Origin: a virus
Lineage: Duplodnaviria; Caudoviricetes
Direction: 5' to 3' (one strand)
DNA: 38,350 nt
IMG/VR virus record: IMGVR_UViG_3300017985_000052
Span: 1 to 38,350 of that record
Part shown: positions 9,231 to 17,595 of the stretch, piece after piece
Layout of the letters: every line of letters begins with the position of its first letter
How positions within the stretch are numbered: position 1 is the stretch's first letter
Program-made: the position numbers and the translations under genes
Notes under the pieces: generated by a model
The model's database searches: none
Told to the model about the DNA's origin: nothing
The model's input: only the letters and a program-made list of their open reading frames with translations

Positions 9231-9856
9231 TGGCTATATCTAATTACACAGAACTCAAAACTGCGGTAGCAAACTGGTTAGATCGTGACGATCTGACTGA
9301 CCGCATACCTGAGTTTATTGCACTAGCGGAGGCTCGGTTTAATCGGGTTCTCCGTATTCGTGCTATGGAGTCTAAGCAGACTGCATCTACTGTTGCAGGC
9401 CAGCAGAATCTTGCACTGCCTGCACGGTTTGTGCAAATGCGTAATGTACAGATTAATACATCTCCTGTAACCCCAATGCAGTATGTTACTCCTGAGATAT
9501 TTGACAGACTGTATGGCGGATCATCAAGTGGTACGCCTAAGTTCTATACTGTGATTGCTAATGAGTTGCAGTTAGGCCCGACACCTGACAGCGTACAGAC
9601 TATTGAGATGTTGTTCTACGAAACATTCCAAGCATTGTCTGACGCTAATCCTACTAACTGGGTAATTACTAATGCACCAGACGTATACCTTTATGGTGCA
9701 TTGTTAGAAGCAGAGCCGTTTATTATGAACGATGCTCGCGTACAATTATGGGCTACAGCATTTAGACAGTCTATTGCTGACATCCAAGAGCAAGACAACA
9801 AGGATCGTCACTCAGGCTCTGCGCTTAGAGTGATGAACACTGGTGGTTATTATTGA
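9230..9856 (+). CDS. Head-tail adaptor protein
   Basis: 'YTELKTAVANWLDRDDL..IPEFIALAEARFNR.LR' and 'PDVYLYGALLEAEPF' typical of podophage adaptors; position. Confidence 0.8.
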   Translation: MAISNYTELKTAVANWLDRDDLTDRIPEFIALAEARFNRVLRIRAMESKQTASTVAGQQNLALPARFVQMRNVQINTSPVTPMQYVTPEIFDRLYGGSSSGTPKFYTVIANELQLGPTPDSVQTIEMLFYETFQALSDANPTNWVITNAPDVYLYGALLEAEPFIMNDARVQLWATAFRQSIADIQEQDNKDRHSGSALRVMNTGGYY

Positions 9857-10413
9857 CCGCTCCTATCACATGGGCGGAAGCCACATCTCCAATATACTGG
9901 AGTAATATAGGAATTAACTGGAACTCCCCTGCTAAGGGTGAGTCTCCATCTTTTGCTGTAGATGCTGGATATACGACAGGCGGTACATTAGATATAGGGT
10001 CATCGGCATCTTATGGAGTAGACGTAGGCGATACAAAGTCTGGAAGATTAGACGCAGTAGCCGCCGCCAGTTATGCTGTAGACGCTGGATACACGAGTCT
10101 TGGAACGCTACAGATTCCTGCGTCTGTTTCTTTTGCTAATAGCATGGGCTATACAAGTTTTGGAATACTAACTAATGCCGTAGCATCTGCAACCTATGGA
10201 ATACAAAATGACTACAGCGGAGAAGCAAGGCTAGACGCAGTAAGCGCTGTTACATTTGCATTACAGTCTTTGATGACTTCAGATAATGAATTTTTGTGGA
10301 ACGGTATTACTGACCCATCTACAACTTGGTCTGCTGTATCTGACCCCACAACAATATGGTCTGACGTAAACGACCCAACAACTACATGGACAAAAATTGA
10401 CTATCCCCATTAA
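9853..10413 (+). CDS. Virion structural protein with internal repeats
   Basis: TTG start overlapping upstream stop; ~20-aa repeats (S[FY][AG]VD[AV]G) and C-terminal DPxTxW x3. Confidence 0.6.
   Translation: MTAPITWAEATSPIYWSNIGINWNSPAKGESPSFAVDAGYTTGGTLDIGSSASYGVDVGDTKSGRLDAVAAASYAVDAGYTSLGTLQIPASVSFANSMGYTSFGILTNAVASATYGIQNDYSGEARLDAVSAVTFALQSLMTSDNEFLWNGITDPSTTWSAVSDPTTIWSDVNDPTTTWTKIDYPH
10311..10400 (+). repeat. 30-bp-period imperfect coding repeat (DPSTTW/DPTTIW/DPTTTW)
   Basis: gacccatctacaacttgg / gaccccacaacaatatgg / gacccaacaactacatgg at 30-nt spacing. Confidence 0.7.
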
Positions 10414-10444
10414 ACCAGAAATAAAAGCCGATGGAGGCTTGATT

Positions 10445-10951
10445 ATGCAACACGATACTAACATGGGCCTCGGCCTCAAGAACGTATGGACTATTGAGTG
10501 CTACGACTCTGAGGGTAATCTAAAATGGGGCGAAACCAAAAAGAACCTTGTTACCACGGAAGGGCTAAACCACGTTCTGTCCAGCACTCTTGACGGCGGT
10601 ACGCAGATTACTACTTGGTATGTCGGGCTTAAAGGAACTGGCTCTGCCGCCGCTGGTGATACGATGGCTTCTCACGCAGGTTGGACGGAGAATACGGACT
10701 ACAGCCAGTCAGTGCGTCAGACCCTTACGCTGGGTACGGCATCTGCTGGTAGCATTGATAACACCGCAAGCAAAGCAACCTACTCGATCAACGGCACGGC
10801 TACGATTGCTGGTGCGTTTATTACTAGCGACAATACCAAAAGCGGTACGTCTGGAACACTGTACGGTGTCGTAGACTTTGCATCATCCCGTGCTGTTATC
10901 TCTGGCGACACGCTTGAGGTGACTGTCACCCTGACTGCGGCGAGTGCGTAA
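10445..10951 (+). CDS. Tail-associated structural protein
   Basis: SD GGAGG before ATG 10445; Thr/Gly/Ser-rich beta protein (KNLVTTEGLN...WYVGL...GDTMASHAGWTE). Confidence 0.65.
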   Translation: MQHDTNMGLGLKNVWTIECYDSEGNLKWGETKKNLVTTEGLNHVLSSTLDGGTQITTWYVGLKGTGSAAAGDTMASHAGWTENTDYSQSVRQTLTLGTASAGSIDNTASKATYSINGTATIAGAFITSDNTKSGTSGTLYGVVDFASSRAVISGDTLEVTVTLTAASA

Positions 10952-11211
10952 TGGCTGTCGAAAGCGCAAGTTGGGTTACACAATTAGTTGACACTAACCC
11001 TGTTGCTGGCGACCCAGTAGGTGAGGGTGACGATCATCTGCGAATGATTAAGACAGTTCTTAAGAACAGTTTTCCATCTACGTCTACTGCGGCAATCATT
11101 CCTAATATGTCTGGTCAGGCTAACAAATACCTACAGACTGATGGAACAGATGCGTCTTGGCAGGAGGTTGCTGACAATGCGGCGGCTATGGCGCTGGCAT
11201 TAGGAGGATAA
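10951..11211 (+). CDS. Short tail-fibre anchor protein (paralog of the 16630 fibre N-terminus)
   Basis: N-terminal ~70 aa align with 16630 ORF (TNP..D...GDDH.R.IK.VLKNSFPS); ends AAAMALALGG. Confidence 0.75.
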   Translation: MAVESASWVTQLVDTNPVAGDPVGEGDDHLRMIKTVLKNSFPSTSTAAIIPNMSGQANKYLQTDGTDASWQEVADNAAAMALALGG

Positions 11212-11212
11212 A

Positions 11213-11536
11213 ATGGCTAACGCATTTAAAAACGCAGGAGCGGCAGTAGCGGCATCCAGAACAGATATCTACACCTGCCCTGCGGCAACAGAGGCGGTTA
11301 TTCACGCCGTGTATTTGTCTAACGTAGATGGTGTAAGTAGTGTGGATGCAACGGTGGAGGTGTACGACTCATCTGCCACAACCTACTACCACGTCGGCAA
11401 GACGCTTCCAGTTCCCGCAGATTCCACGCTTGTTCTTGATAAACCTATCAACTTAAACGCCAGCGACAAACTGACTGTAACGGCATCAGCGGCATCTGAC
11501 CTTGAGTGTTTCATTAGCGTACTGGAGATCACTTAA
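11213..11536 (+). CDS. Small beta-sandwich virion protein (MANAFKN type), putative fibre hub
   Basis: SD AGGAGG; 'MANAFKN...IYTCP...LSNVDG...VPADSTL...ISVLEIT'. Confidence 0.65.
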   Translation: MANAFKNAGAAVAASRTDIYTCPAATEAVIHAVYLSNVDGVSSVDATVEVYDSSATTYYHVGKTLPVPADSTLVLDKPINLNASDKLTVTASAASDLECFISVLEIT

Positions 11537-12474
11537 TGCCATACATGGGTAAAGTGGATGTAAAAGCATCCGACATCAAACGATTCAGCGTAACTGGATC
11601 AACCAGCGCTACCCATACTTTGTCTTGGACTGCCCCTAGTGAGCAGGCTCTTATCATCACCATTAACGGTGTAAAACAGCAGGACGGCGCTTACACGATT
11701 TCTGGTACGCCTACCACGATTACCCTGTCGTCTGCTTTGGTTGCTACGGATGAGATGGAAGTCATTGGCATTAATGACATTGGTCAAACAAATACTGTAG
11801 CGCAAGACTCTATCGTTACGGACATGATTCGTGACGATGCTGTTACTACAGCAAAAATTGCAGACGATCAGATTACTACCGTAAAGATTGCAGACGATCA
11901 GATTACTTCAGCAAAACTTGCCAACGCAATAAACATTACTAGCGGCAACTCTCTAACAATCGACAGCGGTGCAACGATTACGAACAACGGAACGGTTAGT
12001 GGGTTTCCAAATAACACTCCTGCTTTTATGGCGGGTTGTTACGACGCAACAGGTTATTACAATTTTTCAAACAATGTAAATACAAAAGTTGCATTTAATA
12101 CGGAACTTCTTGATACAGATTCCGCTTACGATCCAACAACAAATTACAGATTTACAGTACCAACAGGCAAAGGTGGAAATTATTTTATTTCTGCAGGATT
12201 GCAGGTTTATAACTCCGTAAACATAACTAATGCTTATATATGGATTTACAAAAACGGTGGCGCAATGGGATGGTCAAGACTAAGCACTTCTTCAAGCATT
12301 GGTGGATTTTATATTGATCAATTAATTTGCGAAAGAATTTTTCCTCTTAATGCAGGCGATTATATAGAAATTCGAGTTCAACTCGATGGAGTGGGTAGTA
12401 ACTATATGCTTGTTGATACTTCTTCTGGATACGGAAGAGCGAATTGGTTTTGCGGATGGAGACTAGCAACATGA
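11536..12474 (+). CDS. Tail fibre / receptor-binding protein 1 with C-terminal C1q/TNF-like domain
   Basis: MPYMG start, shared docking domain, (IADD.IT.AK) repeats, C-terminal 'PAF...KVAFNTE..D.DSAYD...YRFTVP...GNY...L.AGDYIEI...WFCGWRL'. Confidence 0.75.
   Translation: MPYMGKVDVKASDIKRFSVTGSTSATHTLSWTAPSEQALIITINGVKQQDGAYTISGTPTTITLSSALVATDEMEVIGINDIGQTNTVAQDSIVTDMIRDDAVTTAKIADDQITTVKIADDQITSAKLANAINITSGNSLTIDSGATITNNGTVSGFPNNTPAFMAGCYDATGYYNFSNNVNTKVAFNTELLDTDSAYDPTTNYRFTVPTGKGGNYFISAGLQVYNSVNITNAYIWIYKNGGAMGWSRLSTSSSIGGFYIDQLICERIFPLNAGDYIEIRVQLDGVGSNYMLVDTSSGYGRANWFCGWRLAT
11833..11922 (+). repeat. 3 x 30-bp tandem coding repeat (DDAVTTAKIA/DDQITTVKIA/DDQITSAKLA)
   Basis: gacgat...attgca units at 11833, 11863, 11893. 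Confidence 0.85.
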
Positions 12475-12815
12475 TTACTTCAGAAGGATTAAAAAAACTA
12501 GGCTTTATTCCAAATATCGATTTTATTTTGTACGACGATGGTCAAGGCGTTTACATACGAGAATGGAAAAGCACTTCCCCTCAACCAACGGAAGCAGAAA
12601 TTGAAACGGCGCACGCCGAATGGGAAGCAAAACACGCCGCAACAGAATACAAACGCCTAAGAGCGCCAGAGTATCCCGCTATTGGCGACCAACTAGACGC
12701 AATCCTCAAACATCTTAACTACCGTCGTACACAAGGCGATGAACTAGTACAAGAGATGGACGACATTATTGGTGATTGGCTGGCAGTAAAAGCGAGGTTC
12801 CCAAAAAATGGCTAG
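12471..12815 (+). CDS. Tail fibre assembly chaperone (XkdW-like)
   Basis: ATG 12471 overlaps fibre stop; 'DDGQGVYIREW...QPTEAEI...Y.RLRAPEYPAIGDQLD...VKARFPK'. Confidence 0.7.
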   Translation: MITSEGLKKLGFIPNIDFILYDDGQGVYIREWKSTSPQPTEAEIETAHAEWEAKHAATEYKRLRAPEYPAIGDQLDAILKHLNYRRTQGDELVQEMDDIIGDWLAVKARFPKNG

Positions 12816-13272
12816 AACCACTATTCGTTCAGAGGATATTACTTCTGGTGCGGTGGAATTATTTCCAGCAGGCACATCAATGCTGTTTCAGCAAACATCT
12901 GCGCCGACAGGTTGGACAAAAGCAACAACTCATAACAACAAAGCATTGCGTGTTGTTAGCGGGTCTGTTAGTAGTGGCGGCTCGGTTGATTTTACAACTG
13001 CGTTTGCTTCTAAATCTGTAAGCGGCTCGGTAAACAATACGACTCTTTCAACAAGTCAAATTCCTTCTCATGCTCATAGTACCGCTGGTGGTGGTGGTGG
13101 CTCTTTAGTGCAACCTGCTTCCTTTAGTGGTGCAACGCAAAATTTAACTGCTGGAAGCCCTTATTTAACAGGTAATACTGGTGGTGGTAGTTCACACAAC
13201 CATAGTTTTACTGGAACAGCAATAAACCTTGCCGTTCAATACGTTGATATTATTATTGCCACAAAAGATTAG
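12808..13272 (+). CDS. Short tail fibre / receptor-binding protein 2 (collar-like domain plus HxH tip)
   Basis: 'FPAGTSMLFQQTSAPTGWTK', 'TLSTSQIPSHAH', 'GGGSSHNH', 'QYVDIIIATKD'. Confidence 0.75.
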   Translation: MARTTIRSEDITSGAVELFPAGTSMLFQQTSAPTGWTKATTHNNKALRVVSGSVSSGGSVDFTTAFASKSVSGSVNNTTLSTSQIPSHAHSTAGGGGGSLVQPASFSGATQNLTAGSPYLTGNTGGGSSHNHSFTGTAINLAVQYVDIIIATKD

Positions 13273-13274
13273 TT

Positions 13275-13565
13275 ATGAGAATTGAGCCAAAAAATCAATG
13301 CCCTCTCAATAACTTTGAGCCATGCAAACAACTTGATTGCTCTTGGTTTCTAAAAATTAGAGGAACTGACCCAAACACTGGTAAAGACTTAGACGATTGG
13401 GGTTGCTCAATGTCTTGGTTGCCAATTTTATTAATAGAAAATGCACAAATGAACAGGCAAACCGGAGCGGCAGTCGAGAGTTTTCGTAATGAAATGGTAA
13501 AGGCTAACGAATCTAGCCAAAGACTTTTAGTTCATGCGGCGCAAAAAGCAATAGGAGCAAATTAA
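13275..13565 (+). CDS. Cys-containing fibre-associated protein
   Basis: CPL....C...DC.W...G.DPNTG....WGC motif; follows fibre 2. Confidence 0.65.
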   Translation: MRIEPKNQCPLNNFEPCKQLDCSWFLKIRGTDPNTGKDLDDWGCSMSWLPILLIENAQMNRQTGAAVESFRNEMVKANESSQRLLVHAAQKAIGAN

Positions 13566-13882
13566 TGCGAGTAACAATTATCGCATCAGATGGTTTTGTA
13601 TCAATAGATGAAGAAGGCTATGAAGGAATTGATTTATCTTTTATGAATGCAGACATTCATGCTTTGCAATGGTATGGCAACGATGGCGAAATTGAGCGAA
13701 AGGATGAACGTGGTCGAATCGTATCTAACGAAGAGATTACAGACATAACCCCTTATCAATCAGCATTAGACTTGTGGCAAGTGGCTAAAGAGAGTGCAGA
13801 GCAAGCGGCTAAAGAGAATGCAGAGCAAGCGGCAATAATTCAAGCCGAAATGGATAAGTTAGCCTTGATGGGTGTCAACTAA
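13565..13882 (+). CDS. Putative tail fibre assembly protein
   Basis: 'MRVTII..DG.V.ID...IHALQW...GEIE'; TAATG coupling. Confidence 0.6.
   Translation: MRVTIIASDGFVSIDEEGYEGIDLSFMNADIHALQWYGNDGEIERKDERGRIVSNEEITDITPYQSALDLWQVAKESAEQAAKENAEQAAIIQAEMDKLALMGVN
13783..13830 (+). repeat. 24-bp tandem duplication with 1 mismatch
   Basis: ggctaaagagagtgcagagcaagc ggctaaagagaatgcagagcaagc (AKESAEQA AKENAEQA). Confidence 0.85.
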
Positions 13883-14979
13883 TGGCCTTAACTAAAGTAA
13901 CCACAGGCACTATTGCCGACGATTCTATTCAATCGTTAAAGAACAGAAACCTGATTATCAACGGTGCGATGCAGGTGGCACAGCGTGGTACGTCAAAAGC
14001 AAGTGTTGGACAAGAATATGCAACGGTAGACAGGTTCAGAACAAACGGAACCACCGGCACATTTACTATGAGCCAAGAATCAGATGGGCCAAACGGTTTT
14101 TCGTATTCTTTAAAAATGCTTTCAACAGCAAATATTACTCCTTCTGCAGGCGATTTAAAAGAAGTATACGTTTCTCTTGAGGGTCAAAATTTACAACACT
14201 TAAAAAAAGGTACATCAGACGCTGAAAATGTAACTTTATCTTTTTATGTCAAATCAAATGTAACTGGAACCAAAACTGTTTACTTATTAGATAAGGACAA
14301 CACACGTTTAATTTCTGCCAACTACACGATTAGTAGTAGCGCAACTTGGGAGAAAAAAACAATTACGTTTTCTGGAGATACAACCGGTGCTTTTAATAAT
14401 GACAATGGGCGATCTCTTGATGTGCATTTTCCTATTGTAGCGGGAACTAATTATACGTCTGGAACTCAGGCAACAAGTTGGGCGGCAGACGTAGCAACAA
14501 ACAGGATTAGCAGTTCAATAACCCAAATCGACGCAACAAATGATTATTGGCAAATCACAGGAGTCCAACTAGAAGTAGGCGACGTAGCCACTCCGTTTGA
14601 GCATGAGTCTTTTGGTCAGACTTTGGCTAAGTGTCAGAGGTATTACACAAAATCTTACAACTATGAAGTCTCGCCGGGAACTAACACCAATGTCGGTGGG
14701 GTTCATATGCGTGGATCAAGTGCTGATTCAGTAACAAATAAAACGGTCAACGTTTCATTTCCTGTAAGCATGAGGGCAAACCCTACTTACACTCTTTATT
14801 CTCTTGGAGGCACTTCTGGAGCGATTTCCGATTGCGGGGTTGGTTTTAGTGAAAGTACTGCTATGACTGGTTCATCAATTAACTCACCACAAGGGACAAA
14901 AGGTTTTTCAAGATTAACTTCTGGTACAAGTGTAAACGACACAATTGGTTTGCATTTTGTAGCAGATGCGGAGTTATAA
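13882..14979 (+). CDS. Tail fibre / receptor-binding protein 3 (carbohydrate-binding-module-like)
   Basis: MALTKV start; 'NRNLIINGAMQVAQRGT...DRF', 'TLSFYVKS', 'WQITGVQLEVG.VATPFEH...LAKCQRYY', 'FPVSMRANPT', ends DAEL. Confidence 0.78.
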   Translation: MALTKVTTGTIADDSIQSLKNRNLIINGAMQVAQRGTSKASVGQEYATVDRFRTNGTTGTFTMSQESDGPNGFSYSLKMLSTANITPSAGDLKEVYVSLEGQNLQHLKKGTSDAENVTLSFYVKSNVTGTKTVYLLDKDNTRLISANYTISSSATWEKKTITFSGDTTGAFNNDNGRSLDVHFPIVAGTNYTSGTQATSWAADVATNRISSSITQIDATNDYWQITGVQLEVGDVATPFEHESFGQTLAKCQRYYTKSYNYEVSPGTNTNVGGVHMRGSSADSVTNKTVNVSFPVSMRANPTYTLYSLGGTSGAISDCGVGFSESTAMTGSSINSPQGTKGFSRLTSGTSVNDTIGLHFVADAEL

Positions 14980-14980
14980 A

Positions 14981-15181
14981 ATGATTATTGAAAATACAAA
15001 ATGGCAAGTTCCAAAAAATGATGATGGAACAATAGTTCTAAATTCTGAGCCAGAAGGAATAATTGCAACCATAGATGGAATTATTTGCTCGATCCCTCTA
15101 GACCCTGCTAACCGCCACTACGCCGCCATTATGGAAATGGTAGATGCAGGTGAACTTACTATTGCTGAGGCTGATGCATGA
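14981..15181 (+). CDS. Small fibre-associated chaperone
   Basis: 'IPLDPANRHYAAIME...G.LTIAEAD' follows fibre 3. Confidence 0.65.
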   Translation: MIIENTKWQVPKNDDGTIVLNSEPEGIIATIDGIICSIPLDPANRHYAAIMEMVDAGELTIAEADA

Positions 15182-16176
15182 GTTACATAGGCAAAGAACC
15201 TCAATACACAGATTTTCTATCGAAGTTCTTTAACGGAGACGGGACGGCTATGACCGTCACGCTAGATGCTTCCCCACCTAACGAAGCGGCACTACTTGTA
15301 TTTATCGACGGCGTAAGACAAGACACATCTGCCTACACCGTATCTGGTTACAGTCTTACTTTTACTGGCGCAGTTCCCAGCGGAACTAACAACGTACAAG
15401 TAGTTCACTTAGGCATTGCACAAGATACACAAGTGCCTGTAGATGATTCTGTTAGCACTGTAAAGATTCAAGATGATGCGGTTACTTCGGCTAAGTTGGA
15501 TACGAACATCGCAATAGATGGCGACCTAACTGTAGACACCGATACTTTATATGTTGATTCTACTAACAATAAAGTTGGTATTAGTAACACTAGCCCAAAT
15601 TCAAAACTAACCATATCTAGTGGCTCTCGTCATGGTCATTTTAATTATGCAAATACTTCTGAAGATGGGGCAATTCCGTTAATTGGCTCTTTTAATAATG
15701 CTGATCCATCTGCGGCTACATACGGTTGGGGTTTTTACGACAGCGATTCAACTGGAAATTTAACTTTATATAGGCGTTCTGGTTCTACAACAGGAACAAA
15801 GACTGCGGAATTCAACAGAACAAATGGTGATTTTGGATTCGACTCAGGCTACGGTTCAACCGCTACTGCGTATGGTTGCAGGGCTTGGGTGAACTTTGAC
15901 GGCACTGGCACTGTGGCTATTCGTGATAGCGGAAATGTGTCGAGTGTTACGGATCTTGGGGCTGGTGACTACAGGGTGAACTTTACTACTGCGATGCCTG
16001 ATGCAAATTATGCACCTGTAAATAGTATGGGAGCGAGTGGCGCCGCTTACCATGTTAGCCGTTCAGTAACATTTCTAACAACTTCTTATCGGTTCTATAC
16101 GGGTTATGTAAACAGTTTAGGAGGTGGTTTTACAAAGCAGGATTCTCCTTACAATGCCTTCGGGTTCTTCCGCTAA
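15178..16176 (+). CDS. Tail fibre / receptor-binding protein 4
   Basis: MSYIG start with same docking domain as 11536; 'DTDTLYVDSTNNKVGI...P', C-terminal 'CRAWVNFDGTGTVAIRDSGNVSSVTDLG.GDY.VNF..AMPDANY'. Confidence 0.78.
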   Translation: MSYIGKEPQYTDFLSKFFNGDGTAMTVTLDASPPNEAALLVFIDGVRQDTSAYTVSGYSLTFTGAVPSGTNNVQVVHLGIAQDTQVPVDDSVSTVKIQDDAVTSAKLDTNIAIDGDLTVDTDTLYVDSTNNKVGISNTSPNSKLTISSGSRHGHFNYANTSEDGAIPLIGSFNNADPSAATYGWGFYDSDSTGNLTLYRRSGSTTGTKTAEFNRTNGDFGFDSGYGSTATAYGCRAWVNFDGTGTVAIRDSGNVSSVTDLGAGDYRVNFTTAMPDANYAPVNSMGASGAAYHVSRSVTFLTTSYRFYTGYVNSLGGGFTKQDSPYNAFGFFR

Positions 16177-16188
16177 TCAGGAGCAAAA

Positions 16189-16386
16189 ATGAACCAACGA
16201 ATTATTTATCCTACTGATGACGGCGGTGTAGCAGTCATTGTTCCTTCTGCTGAATATCTTTCAAACCACACCATCGAAGAACTAGCCGCAAAAGATGTTC
16301 CTGCGGGAAAGTCTTACCAAATTATTGATGAGGCTGACGTTCCTTCTGATCGTACATTCCGAGAAGCATGGGAGTATGCCGAATGA
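16189..16386 (+). CDS. Fibre chaperone, part A
   Basis: SD AGGAG; 'RIIY...GGVAVIVP...AKDVP.G...VPSDRTFREAW'. Confidence 0.7.
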   Translation: MNQRIIYPTDDGGVAVIVPSAEYLSNHTIEELAAKDVPAGKSYQIIDEADVPSDRTFREAWEYAE

Positions 16387-16619
16387 TTGTAATCAACATT
16401 GACAAAGCCAAAGGCATTGCCCACGAGATTCGACGTGCAAAACGTGCCGAGGAGTTTGCGCCGTATGATGAAGTAATTATGAAGCAGATCCCCGGCAATG
16501 ACGCAGTAGAAGCAGAGGCGGCACGACAGGCTATCCGTGATAAGTACGCAACGATTCAAGCCAATATTGATTCTGCCCCCGGCGTGAATGAAGTTAAGTT
16601 TGTAATTGACAACATATAG
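16383..16619 (+). CDS. Fibre chaperone, part B
   Basis: ATGA overlap; 'IDKAK.IAH..RRA.RA.EFAP.D'. Confidence 0.65.
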   Translation: MIVINIDKAKGIAHEIRRAKRAEEFAPYDEVIMKQIPGNDAVEAEAARQAIRDKYATIQANIDSAPGVNEVKFVIDNI

Positions 16620-16629
16620 AGATTAAACT

Positions 16630-17595
16630 ATGGCACTAGAAAGCGGAACATATGTAAAAGATTTAGTTAGCACCAACCCGCCGGGTACGGATGCTATCTC
16701 ACAAGGTGATGACCACATCCGCCTTATTAAATCTGTACTAAAGAATTCATTTCCTTCAAACAGTAATGCTCCTATTGTGCCTGATATCTCTGGCAACGGA
16801 GACAAATACCTACAGGTAAACTCTGGCGCTACTGCTACCCAGTGGGTTACTCTTGATGTTGATGCGTTAACTCGCCGCAAAGGTGAATTGCATAGATCAA
16901 GATTTGAAAAGGTAGGATCAACTACCTTAAGAATTCATTCAGGTGTTTATGATCTTGATGCAAAAGGAAAAAATGTATCTTGGGATTCCTACCTTGACAA
17001 GGGGTTAAGTGGTACAAACGGATGGAGATATATTTATCTTGATTACTCTAATATTACTGGAACTACTGTAACTGCTTCTGGGATTTTAGAAAGTGGCACA
17101 CAACCTACTTATAATGAATCAAAGCATGGCTGGTACAATGGCGATGACCGTTGTATTTTATGCGTTTATGTTTCTGGCGGTTCAATATATAATTTTTATC
17201 ATGATGGGTCGGATCATATTGAATATCAAGATGATGTAGATCATTCTTTTGTTAAATCTACTAGTTACGTTACTGTAACTGTGCCGCCTCTTGGCTCTGT
17301 TGGCAATAGAGGTGCAATTTTTGGTGAGTTTACTTTTAAACTTTATGCGGAAGGAGATGATACCAATAGTGCTACTTTTTATGTTTCTGCGGCAGAGGGG
17401 TCTGGTCATTTGTTGGGAACTGTAGAGGGTGGTGACACATCAACAACAGATGAACACGTTTCTGGAAATAAACGTATTGCTTGTTACAAAGCAAATTCAA
17501 CGACTATGCAAATTTATGTTATTAAAAGCGGTGGATCGGCAAATATTAGTTGCACTACATATACTAACGGCTGGTATTTACCAGTAGGTATGTAA
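16630..17595 (+). CDS. Tail fibre / receptor-binding protein 5 with N-terminal virion anchor
   Basis: N-terminus paralogous to 10951 ORF; AT-rich, beta-rich C-terminal region. Confidence 0.75.
   Translation: MALESGTYVKDLVSTNPPGTDAISQGDDHIRLIKSVLKNSFPSNSNAPIVPDISGNGDKYLQVNSGATATQWVTLDVDALTRRKGELHRSRFEKVGSTTLRIHSGVYDLDAKGKNVSWDSYLDKGLSGTNGWRYIYLDYSNITGTTVTASGILESGTQPTYNESKHGWYNGDDRCILCVYVSGGSIYNFYHDGSDHIEYQDDVDHSFVKSTSYVTVTVPPLGSVGNRGAIFGEFTFKLYAEGDDTNSATFYVSAAEGSGHLLGTVEGGDTSTTDEHVSGNKRIACYKANSTTMQIYVIKSGGSANISCTTYTNGWYLPVGM

Noticed and set aside
11833-11922. 30-bp repeats as a possible CRISPR array
   Set aside because: Tandem, no spacers, in-frame coding repeat of a fibre shaft
10951-17595. 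Diversity-generating retroelement or invertible shufflon acting on fibres
   Set aside because: No reverse transcriptase or recombinase, no near-identical TR/VR pair, all fibre genes on one strand
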